A DNA stretch of 60,932 nucleotides, filler included. It is 8 parts of 8 records of this genome, joined end to end, with 100 filler letters (N's around TTAATTAATTAA, not from the genome) between each part and the next. Parts side by side here need not be neighbours in the genome. Positions count along the whole stretch, not along the records: positions 53,687 to 60,932 come from SRR31147125_107503; 7 more parts are not named here. One strand, written 5' to 3'. The translations under genes and the position numbers were made by a program. Shown one piece after another: positions 53,687 to 60,932 of the stretch. Within the stretch, counting starts at the first letter, position 1; each line of letters begins with the position of its first letter. The notes beneath the pieces are model-generated. The model was not told the DNA's origin. It worked only from the letters and a program-made list of their open reading frames with translations, and ran no database searches.

Positions 53687-55647
53687 CAGTCTGCCCATGT
53701 CATCTCCGTGGGCGGCGATAGCCCGGATCGCATCGTCGCCATATTTTTTTATAAACGCTTTGGCGACGTCGTCGCCGACGGCTTTGACAAAGACGCCCAA
53801 CCCCTTGGCCAGGCTCTTTATGCTTGATATGCCGCCTGTAGCCAGCTGCTCTACGGCCCGACAATTGATAGCCCGCCTTTGTACAGGCCGCTGAGAAACT
53901 GCGAGCCGGTAGACTCTTGGATCATACCGGCAACCGTGTCGCGTGTGACGTCGGCCCCATCGGATAACTGATAGATGGGGTCATGCTCATTGATGGGTAT
54001 GTATTCACCTCTGATCGCATTTCTCAGTTTTTGGCTGGATGAAGCAAAGGGCTTCATCCCGCCGCCTATTATGCTTTCAAAAACTGAACCGACAGACGCC
54101 TCGCCCGGGTGTTCCTCGGCGTAGGCTTGTTTTTCCGCCATGAGCGCATTGTATGCTTTCTCATCGTGCATAAGCTCGGCGTAGATAATAAAGCCGTTTA
54201 TTTCTTTATTCGTATAGCCCAGTTCTTTTAATCCTTGCTTGATGTCGCCAATTGACAAATTGACCTTGTCAACCTTTAATGCCGTTTCGAGATCATTCAG
54301 GCCTTGCTCGATGATTTTCATTTTTTTATCTTCCAGATACGGTATGTTAAGCGTTTCCGCCCTCAGCTGTTCAGGAAGGTCTTCCAGCTTGGAAGCCATG
54401 TTTTCTTGATAGATATTGTTCTTGAGATCAGTTATTTGAAGATCAAGAATGCCTTGAGTATTTTCATATTCCGCTTTCTCGGCTTCCTTTGCGGCGATTT
54501 CTGCCCGCTTTTGTGCAATCTGCGCCTGTATTTCTGTACGCGTCACTCCGTCGAGTTCGCCGGTTTTTGCCGCCAGAGCATCTTTTGTTTCAAGATTTGA
54601 AAGCTCGATATTTAAGACTTCCAGTTCGGTTCGAGCGTCCTCGAATTTTTGCTCGTAATAATCCTTCGTGCTCTCGCTGGCCTTTATCTGGTTTTCGTAT
54701 ATTACAGAATCCGGTACAGTCACACCCGGTGCAAGAGTCATGTAATCATTGTTTTGCTCTGCTCGGGCATAAAAGTCGTTGAGTATTTTTTGGCGGCGTA
54801 TGATTTCGTTTTGGGCTTCCGACAAAGTCAGGTCCGGATCTTCGAATGACGATATGAATGCCGCCTGATCGTGCAGCCAGTTGTTTTCTTCGGTCATGTG
54901 GTTGAGAATGGATGGGCTCATGGTGTTTTGTACAATGTTGTTGTTATCTTCGATGGCTTGTTGAAGCTCGGTGTAATCATATTGACCGTATTCATCGGAC
55001 ATTTTATCGTCGAACATAGCCGCGCTGTAAGCCGCTTCGTTTTCAAACAAAGACCTGTATTCCGCATCTATGTTTGCGTACTGAACGGCGTCCTGAAGAC
55101 TGCGCAGGTTCGCACGGATCGACGCAATCTGGCTGTCGGCTTCCTCGTCCCCGAGAATCTCCCGATAAGCCTCGAAATTGTTAATCAAGTACGCGGCCGA
55201 TTCCTGCTGCTGCATGTAATAATCGGTTAATGTGGCGGCATAATCGGCGGCGTCCCCATGATACGTGTGCTGATAATCTCCTACGTACCGACTGTCCGAG
55301 GACTGAGCGAGTTGATTATTAAGTTTCTTGTAATCATCCAGCTTTTGCTGGAAAATTTCGGGGTCGTCAACGCTGTGCGGGTCATAGCTATAACCGCTGT
55401 AGAGCATGGCGTACGGGTCAAGAGCTCCGCCCGGCAGCGTATAGTAGGATGTCGAGTTGGGGATTTGCCGGGGCTTGTCCGGTTCCGGGTCCGGGGCGGG
55501 GGATGGAGCGGCCGGCGTTTCCGCCTTGGGCGTTTGAGTAGCGGCCGCTTTCTTTTTCTCTTCAAATTCCTTGACTTTCTGTTGCGTGTAGTATTGCGCC
55601 AGCGCGGGGTCCACCGTTATGTAATAGCTATCCGGATCTTTTCCCAT
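53687..55647 (-). CDS. Large helical/coiled-coil protein, phage-associated or polymorphic-toxin-like (frameshift near 53858; 3'-truncated)
   Basis: 602-aa ORF. A 1-nt shift continues it to the contig end as VEQLATGGISSIKSLAKGLGVFVKAVGDDVAKAFIKKYGDDAIRAIAAHGDDMGRL. Confidence 0.65.
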
Positions 55648-55690
55648 GTGAATGATCACGCCTTTCGTTTGATGTCATGCCGTTGCGGCA

Positions 55691-55912
55691 TTAAAGGTGC
55701 CCGAGGCGGTCCAGCCGCCGCATGGCCCGCATCCGGGAGGCCGACGCCGCGTCGGGCGTGGCGCAAAACGGGCAGGGCAGCCGCTCCTTCAGGCAGTAGA
55801 TATCCGATAGAGCGCGGCAGGCCGGGTTGCCGGCCTTATTGATGTAAAACGCGAAGCAGTTGACGCGGCTGTTTTCGCGTCCCGGTAAAATCGTCAGCTT
55901 TTTTTTAGGCAT
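55691..55912 (-). CDS. Small Cys-rich protein (73 aa), Firmicutes-phage-like
   Basis: An AAAGGCGG RBS-like sequence precedes MPKKK...NCFAFY...CRALSDIYCLKERLPCPFC. Confidence 0.65.
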   Translation of the reverse strand: MPKKKLTILPGRENSRVNCFAFYINKAGNPACRALSDIYCLKERLPCPFCATPDAASASRMRAMRRLDRLGHL

Positions 55913-55992
55913 AGCCTTATTTACCGCCTTTCTTTTGTGTTTGTGACAGATTGATGTTGACGAGCCGGTTGGCCTTGGGGCAGCGCTAGGCG

Positions 55993-56454
55993 CTAGCCGC
56001 CGCGGTGCGCGCCTTTTTTGGGGAAGGCGACGGCGCGGTGGTCGCACCCCAATAGCTCGGCGCGCTCTGTAAGGCTCAGCTCCAGGAACTTGTCCTCCAG
56101 GCAGTCGCTGCAGAGCGTGGTCCCGTTTTCCCACTCAAAGACTTCGTCGCCCTCATAGATTTCGTGTCCGCAGCCGGCTGTTATGTAGTTGGCGTCGTCG
56201 GCCGGCTCGACGGGCGGCTCCGGCACATACATGGCGTTCTCCTCCTTGGCGTTGAAATAAAAGTCCTCCGGGTCAAACGAGACCTTGTTCCAAGGGCGGG
56301 AGCCTGTCCGCTTTTCATAAGCCGTGCAGGCGTCCCTCGGGCAGCCGCGGGAGCGGTACATTATGAGCGTGTAGTCGCACGTGTTTGTATAGGTGCTGAA
56401 AAAGCGGCAGTCCGGCCGGCATTTTACGGCTTCGGCATCGGCAAGTGCTTTCAT
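55993..56454 (-). CDS. Cys-rich two-module protein, phage-like (internal RBS/ATG at 56232)
   Basis: AAGGAGG RBS before MKALAD. Module 1 is CRPDCRFF...CDY...GCP..C..Y; module 2 is GCGHEIYEGD...LCSDCL. Confidence 0.7.
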   Translation of the reverse strand: MKALADAEAVKCRPDCRFFSTYTNTCDYTLIMYRSRGCPRDACTAYEKRTGSRPWNKVSFDPEDFYFNAKEENAMYVPEPPVEPADDANYITAGCGHEIYEGDEVFEWENGTTLCSDCLEDKFLELSLTERAELLGCDHRAVAFPKKGAHRGG

Positions 56455-56517
56455 ATCGTTCATCCTCCTTGTGTTTGAACGCATTCAAACGAAATAAATA
56501 CAAATTACAGTGAATTG

Positions 56518-56529
56518 CTACAAAATTGT
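56518..56529. promoter_or_regulatory. Operator copy 3 (CTACAAAATTGT)
   Basis: Exact reverse complement of ACAATTTTGTAG at 56696 and 56726; ends 2 nt before the -35 of the rightward promoter. Confidence 0.7.
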
Positions 56530-56531
56530 GG

Positions 56532-56560
56532 TTGACTGCGCGCCCGACATGAAGTATATT
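56532..56560 (+). promoter_or_regulatory. Rightward sigmaA promoter, towards the XRE repressor
   Basis: TTGACT-N17-TATATT. Confidence 0.65.
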
Positions 56561-56695
56561 AAGTGGGATGCATGGACAGGGGAAAAGAGCGCAAAATGCT
56601 CTGAATTCAGGGAAAACTATGGATTCCACCGTGTGGTGTATCTGTCTTGGCTCAAAAACCGTTCTTTTTTTATGACGGAATGGACACGAATAAGA

Positions 56696-56737
56696 ACAAT
56701 TTTGTAGGTGTGTCCAATAATACATACAATTTTGTAG
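56696..56737. promoter_or_regulatory. Operator copies 1 and 2 (ACAATTTTGTAG direct repeat, 30-nt spacing)
   Basis: Identical 12-mers at 56696-56707 and 56726-56737; imperfect palindrome TACAA-TT-TTGTA. Confidence 0.75.
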
Positions 56738-56745
56738 TATGTCAA
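56717..56745 (-). promoter_or_regulatory. Leftward sigmaA promoter for the Cys-rich/large-ORF operon
   Basis: The minus strand reads TTGACA-N17-TATTAT, with an operator inside the spacer. Confidence 0.75.
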
Positions 56746-56790
56746 TGAAAGGGACAGTTTATATCACACTTTGGCAGAGGTGACAAAAAC

Positions 56791-57189
56791 ATGTACGACC
56801 GGTTGGAGAAATTGCTGAAAGAACGCGGCATTACCCCTTACAGGCTTTCCAAGGACCTTGGAATTTCGCAGAGCAGCCTGAGCGAATGGAAAAGGGGAAA
56901 CAGCATACCAAAGTATGAGAGGCTTATAAAAATTGCCGGTTATTTCAACGTCCCGGTCGGGTACCTGACGGGCAGGGAAGAAGAAGCGAAAAAGCCCGAG
57001 GCAACAAACCCCGAGCTTTTGGACGAGCTGATGGCGGCGGTAAAAGAAAAGCTCGACGCCCCGGAATGGAGCGACGAGCAAGCCAAGCAAAATCTTGTAT
57101 TATTCAGTTCTCTGACGCCGGAGAAGAGGCTGGAGGCCCTGCGTTATCTTCGCTATCTTGTAAACCGGCAAGAAGAAGAAACACAATAG
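56791..57189 (+). CDS. XRE/CI-like helix-turn-helix repressor (no S24 peptidase domain)
   Basis: GAGGTG RBS; MYDRLEKLLKERGITPYRLSKDLGISQSSLSEWKRGNSIPK..LIKIAGYFNVPVGYL. Confidence 0.92.
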   Translation: MYDRLEKLLKERGITPYRLSKDLGISQSSLSEWKRGNSIPKYERLIKIAGYFNVPVGYLTGREEEAKKPEATNPELLDELMAAVKEKLDAPEWSDEQAKQNLVLFSSLTPEKRLEALRYLRYLVNRQEEETQ

Positions 57190-57238
57190 ACGTATCGCCG
57201 AGCGAACGCTGCAGCGATATAAATTCCTGTTCTTCCAA
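57104..57238 (-). CDS. Putative 44-aa small protein antisense to the repressor 3' end
   Basis: GGAAGGAGG RBS 9 nt before a TTG start; MEEQEFISLQRSLGDTSIVFLLLAGLQDSEDNAGPPASSPASEN; own promoter at 57292-57320. Confidence 0.55.
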   Translation of the reverse strand: MEEQEFISLQRSLGDTSIVFLLLAGLQDSEDNAGPPASSPASEN

Positions 57239-57291
57239 ACGTGACCCCCTCCTTCCACGTCAGGCGGGCCTGAATGATGAGAGATGGTATA

Positions 57292-57320
57292 AATATAACA
57301 TAAAAACCTTAAAATGTAAA
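57292..57320 (-). promoter_or_regulatory. SigmaA promoter with extended -10, firing antisense into the repressor gene
   Basis: The minus strand reads TTTACA-N17-TATATT, with TGn immediately before the -10. Confidence 0.55.
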
Positions 57321-57776
57321 TAAGAAAGTAGACATAAAAAATTCGACGCCCGTCGTGCAAAAGGAGCACGCCGGGTGTCTTGTTTACTTAAAAGCACATG
57401 AACTCGCCTTGAGATGATTGGAAAAACGGATAACGTGTGATAAAGTATGGAAAAATGTCATTCGATATCGACATAAATGAGAATATATGATATTAACGGG
57501 AAAACACGAGGTAGACATAAAACGGGGCGGTGGATTATAGAACGCGCGCGGAAATTATAGAATTAGCTAAAAAAACGGTGTTTGTTTTTGGTGTATATCC
57601 TCTATTTTGAAAATAATATATGACATGCGGCATAGAACGGCGGTATTGCGCGGTTCGCGCTGGTATGATATGCTAATTAAGGAAACCGTCAACCTTAACG
57701 ACACGTCGCTCTGTCAAATCTACTGCGCGTGACAGAGCCTCACAAAAGCCGGCGCAGCGGCGGAAAGAGAAATATT

Positions 57777-58160
57777 ATGACTTGTGAAACACGCTTTTTT
57801 ATCTGTAAGCATTGCGGAAACATACTGGGTATGATCTACTCGTCCGGCGCACCCGTGTCCTGCTGCGGCGATGAAATGGAAGAACTCAAAGCCAACACAG
57901 TTGATGCCTCCCAGGAAAAGCACGTCCCCGTTGTCACCGTCTCCGGCAACAAGGTGACAGTGCAGGTCGGCTCGGTTTTGCATCCCATGCTTCCCGAGCA
58001 CTATATTATGTGGGTTTATCTGCAGACGGAAAAGGGCGGACAGCGCAAATGCTTTAAGCCCGGCGACCAGCCCATAGTGGAGTTCACACTCATTGACGAT
58101 AAGCCTGTGGCGGCCTATGAGTACTGCAACGTTCACGGCCTGTGGAAAGCCGATATCTAA
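57777..58160 (+). CDS. dfx: Desulfoferrodoxin (2Fe superoxide reductase)
   Basis: Centre I CKHCGN...SCCG; centre II EKHVP, HPM..EHYI and CNVHGLW. Confidence 0.95.
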   Translation: MTCETRFFICKHCGNILGMIYSSGAPVSCCGDEMEELKANTVDASQEKHVPVVTVSGNKVTVQVGSVLHPMLPEHYIMWVYLQTEKGGQRKCFKPGDQPIVEFTLIDDKPVAAYEYCNVHGLWKADI

Positions 58161-58170
58161 TTGATCCAAT

Positions 58171-58212
58171 AAAAAAAGCGGCGGGGCCTTTTGGCTCCGC
58201 CGCGCTTATTTT
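58171..58212. terminator. Bidirectional terminator between convergent genes
   Basis: A7-GCGGCGGGGCC-TTTT-GGCTCCGCCGC-GCTTATTTT. Confidence 0.75.
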
Positions 58213-58225
58213 GGGCCCCGTCCGG

Positions 58226-59506
58226 TCAAAACAGCACAGATACTAAAGATGCTTCCCGCTGATTGCTCCGTTTGAATTGCTGGTACTCCTCCTTGGAGTG
58301 CGCCTGCGTATAACGGCAGAGCTCCTTTATATCGGTGTAATGGTCTAACAGCGCCGCGGAAACCTTGGGGCACAGCTCACCCTTTGCTACCATGTCTTGC
58401 AGGACCTTGATGCACTGCTGGTCGCTCATGCCGGCTCTGTATGGCCGGTCTTCAGTGATGGCGGTGAAGACGTCCGCCACGGCGGCGATTCGCGAGCCCA
58501 GAGGCAGCTCATGATCGCCCAGATGGAAGGGGTAGCCGGAGCCGTTAGGCTTCTCGTGGTGATACGCGGCCCATTTGCTGATGATTTCAAAGCCGCTAAT
58601 GACACTGAGGATGCGATGCGTGTAAAAGGGATGGCTTTTAATAATGCAGAATTCCTCCGGGGTCAGCTTGCCGGGCTTTTCAAGAATGGCGTTGGGAATC
58701 GCCAGCTTGCCCAAGTCGTGAAGATATCCCGCCACCAGCATCATCTTGCATTCGTTATCGGAATACCCGAAAATCTGCGCCAGCCGTTCTGCCGTTTTAG
58801 CAACGCCAGAAGAATGATTGGCCGTAAAGCTGCTGCGATAGTCGATGATTCTGGAAAAAATCTTTGAAAAATCAATAATCTGGTCCAAGTCCATCGGTTC
58901 GACGTTGATAAAAAGCTCCGGAGACAGCTGCTCCATCGGGTAAGAAAAGGACAGATCCAGCCATATGTATTCATAAGCTGTTAACTCCTCCAGGCAATCT
59001 ACAAGCTCCGGGTTAAAATAGCTGCCCTTTTTGGCCTTGATCCGGTTAAACGCCGAATTGACTTGAGGCAATATGTTCTGATCTGTTTTCAGCAAAACGC
59101 ACATTCGGTCCGCGACGTGAATGATATGGCTGGCCATTGGTATATCCCGGCTGATCTTCCCGTAATCCCAGCGATGATGATGGTATTTAATAATTTCGGC
59201 CGCTTTTTCCAGCGGCTTAAAGCCGCGCAGTAATGAGCTTCCAAAGTAACCGTGATTGAGAGCCAAAGACGACTCGTCGTCAATTTTTTCAAGACTCTCA
59301 TTTAAAGCCAGCGCGCCAATATCGTGGAGCAGGCCGGCTAACAGAATATGCTTTTTTTCCTCAAAATCCAGCCCCATACGCTCAGCGAGCCTGAAGGCCA
59401 GATAGGCCACCTGCTGATGATGCCGGGACAGCTCCGTGTTCACCAGGTCCTGAGCCTTGGAGAGGCATCTGAGCAAATCGAGTATACTAACTTTAATATC
59501 GTTCAT
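58226..59506 (-). CDS. Double-HD / HD-GYP phosphohydrolase
   Basis: First HD domain LLHDIG...HHHRWD; second LHDLGK...HHEKPNGSGYP...ADVFTAITEDRPYR. Confidence 0.92.
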   Translation of the reverse strand: MNDIKVSILDLLRCLSKAQDLVNTELSRHHQQVAYLAFRLAERMGLDFEEKKHILLAGLLHDIGALALNESLEKIDDESSLALNHGYFGSSLLRGFKPLEKAAEIIKYHHHRWDYGKISRDIPMASHIIHVADRMCVLLKTDQNILPQVNSAFNRIKAKKGSYFNPELVDCLEELTAYEYIWLDLSFSYPMEQLSPELFINVEPMDLDQIIDFSKIFSRIIDYRSSFTANHSSGVAKTAERLAQIFGYSDNECKMMLVAGYLHDLGKLAIPNAILEKPGKLTPEEFCIIKSHPFYTHRILSVISGFEIISKWAAYHHEKPNGSGYPFHLGDHELPLGSRIAAVADVFTAITEDRPYRAGMSDQQCIKVLQDMVAKGELCPKVSAALLDHYTDIKELCRYTQAHSKEEYQQFKRSNQREASLVSVLF

Positions 59507-59540
59507 AATCCACCTTTGGGTTTGTTTTGTCTAATAAATA

Positions 59541-59568
59541 ATATCGACAGGAATCCTGCCGGAGATTA
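59541..59568 (-). promoter_or_regulatory. Putative sigmaD/sigma28 promoter of the HD-GYP gene
   Basis: The minus strand reads TAAT-N16-GTCGATAT, 34 nt upstream of the ATG. Confidence 0.5.
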
Positions 59569-59610
59569 TCAAAAGCGTTAAAAATCCGACGCTTTTTTTA
59601 GGCAGTAGAC

Positions 59611-59648
59611 GAAGAAATAGGGATCCATTTAATGATCCCTATTTCTTC
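59611..59648. repeat. Perfect 15-bp inverted repeat inside a possible MITE-like remnant
   Basis: GAAGAAATAGGGATC-N8-GATCCCTATTTCTTC, flanked by GTAGAC (59605) and GTCTAC (59687). Confidence 0.6.
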
Positions 59649-60007
59649 CAAGCTAGCATTCAGTTTTAAACGTGAGAAAACGGTCTGTCTACAGCTTCTT
59701 GCCTAAGTGTCATTAAAGACAATCTATAGGCCGTCCGACGTTATCCAACGCAATCATCTCCCAGAACTAAATCTGCTTGACATTATTCTTTTTTTATATA
59801 GACACCGAAACTTTGAAACCAAAGCACTTGTCGTGTCTGATATTATTATGTTTCAAACCGGTGTGATTATTAGATGAAAAAGAAGGATGTGCCGGAAACG
59901 GCTGGGACAAAACAATTGAAAAACATGCGCGCGTATGCTAGAGTTAATTTGGCTTTTCAATGGCTTTTTAAATGTAAATGGCGGCAGGCGACGAAAGGAA
60001 GAGGAAG

Positions 60008-60466
60008 ATGGCTTTTTTAGAAAACATTGGTAAAAAAGTGTCGCAAACAGGCCAGGATGCGATCAAACGGACGAAAGCCATGGCTGAAACCGCTAAAATA
60101 AACACCCAGATAACGGCGGAGCAAAAAGTAGTCTGGGATAATTATACAGCGCTTGGACAGCGGTACTATGAGCTGTTCGGCAGCACGCCGGACGACGATC
60201 TGGCCGAATATGTCGACGCCATCAAATATGCACTGATGAAAATTGATCAGTACGGCAGCCAGATCAGTAAGCTGAAAGGGATTGAACGCTGTCCCGGCTG
60301 CGGCGCCGAAATGAAGGACGGCGCGGTATTCTGTACGGTTTGCGGGACGAAGCTGCCGGAGCCGCCAGAGGAAGAAATGCGGGAAGAAAGAATCTGCAAA
60401 AATTGCGGCAAGCTCCTAGGGGAAGACGCGGCGTTTTGCTCCGGCTGCGGTACGAGGGCTGAATAG
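60008..60466 (+). CDS. Double zinc-ribbon domain protein
   Basis: Helical N-terminus MAFLENIGKKVSQ, then CPGCG..FCTVCG and CKNCG..FCSGCG. Confidence 0.88.
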   Translation: MAFLENIGKKVSQTGQDAIKRTKAMAETAKINTQITAEQKVVWDNYTALGQRYYELFGSTPDDDLAEYVDAIKYALMKIDQYGSQISKLKGIERCPGCGAEMKDGAVFCTVCGTKLPEPPEEEMREERICKNCGKLLGEDAAFCSGCGTRAE

Positions 60467-60563
60467 AACCGCGTTTTTGAGTGATTGAACAACGGCGCTT
60501 GCGTACGGTAAACGGTTGAAAGCGTCGGCTGATTGTCTGCATATGAGTTCATTGAGGTTACCC

Positions 60564-60932
60564 ATGACAAAAACTAAAAAACACAAAGGACATATGTTCA
60601 AAACGCTGCTGGCCGTGGTTACAGCTGTTATCCTCACCGGCGCGACAGCGCTCGTCTTTTTAAACAGAATTGTTGTTGAAAAAAGTGCCGATTATATCCT
60701 GACAGAGGAGCAGGCGGCCCGTTTGGAGGATGTCGACTGTATTTTGATCCTTGGTGCGGGCGTTTATAACAATAAATACCCCAGCCTGATGCTGCGAGAC
60801 CGTCTGGCACGGGGTGTGGACCTGTATGATCTGGGCGTGTCTGACCGGCTTTTGATGAGCGGGGATAACAGCCAGGTCGACTACAACGAAGTCAAGGTTA
60901 TGAAGGATTACGCCGTCGACGCCGGCATCCCC
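60564..60932 (+). CDS. SanA/YdcF (DUF218) family membrane protein (3'-truncated)
   Basis: GAGG RBS and N-terminal TM, then DCILILGAGV...PSLMLRDRL..G..LY...LLMSGDN...YNEV..MK.YA...GIP. The ORF is absent from the supplied track because it runs off the window. Confidence 0.85.
   Translation, partial: MTKTKKHKGHMFKTLLAVVTAVILTGATALVFLNRIVVEKSADYILTEEQAARLEDVDCILILGAGVYNNKYPSLMLRDRLARGVDLYDLGVSDRLLMSGDNSQVDYNEVKVMKDYAVDAGIP

Noticed and set aside
56315-56725. ORFs 56315..56725(-) and 56510..56707(+) as a cro gene
   Set aside because: They have no HTH pattern or RBS, and they run across the promoter/operator region.
52264-57700. Shared 13-mer GTCAACCTTAACG near 52264 and 57688
   Set aside because: The two copies are on different contigs with no extended similarity, so this is probably chance.
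1-60932. tRNA, rRNA, CRISPR arrays, transposases, integrases and known defence genes
   Set aside because: None were recognised by eye in intergenic regions or ORFs. tRNAscan-SE, Rfam and DefenseFinder runs would be needed to exclude them formally.

Overview
This window is not one locus. It holds eight unrelated contigs joined by artificial 100-nt spacers (N-run/TTAATTAATTAA/N-run) at 5829-5928, 12906-13005, 18276-18375, 26848-26947, 34634-34733, 41556-41655 and 53587-53686, as in a metagenome or concatenated assembly. Contig 1 (1-5828): RNase R, a Cache-PAS-PAS-GGDEF-EAL protein and a small phospholipase-A2-like protein. Contig 2 (5929-12905): a LapE-LapG-LapD-LapB-LapC type I secretion/adhesin control locus. 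Contig 3 (13006-18275): two OmpA/MotB-like peptidoglycan-binding proteins, an LPP20/FlgP-like lipoprotein behind a sigma28-like promoter, a predicted outer-membrane protein, and a substrate-binding protein coupled to a HAMP histidine kinase. Contig 4 (18376-26847): a chemotaxis cluster, including a CheA with MshEN-like motifs and an MCP/CheZ-like hybrid. Contig 5 (26948-34633): flgB-flgC-fliE-fliF-fliG-fliH-fliI-fliJ. Contig 6 (34734-41555): a dcw cluster with a MurE-MurF fusion and no ftsW. Contig 7 (41656-53586): a >3390-aa autotransporter plus two small genes. Contig 8 (53687-60932): a Clostridia-like region with a compact phage-type genetic switch controlling Cys-rich small genes and a large toxin- or ejection-protein-like ORF, followed by desulfoferrodoxin, HD-GYP, zinc-ribbon and SanA/YdcF genes. 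The switch consists of an XRE repressor, three operators, face-to-face promoters and an antisense small ORF. About a dozen single-base frameshifts fall in homopolymers and are most likely sequencing errors. No rRNA, tRNA or CRISPR array was seen. The best candidates for undescribed systems are the integrase-less switch module in contig 8 and the envelope/flagellar module in contig 3. All family calls come from motif recognition by eye; no database searches were run.
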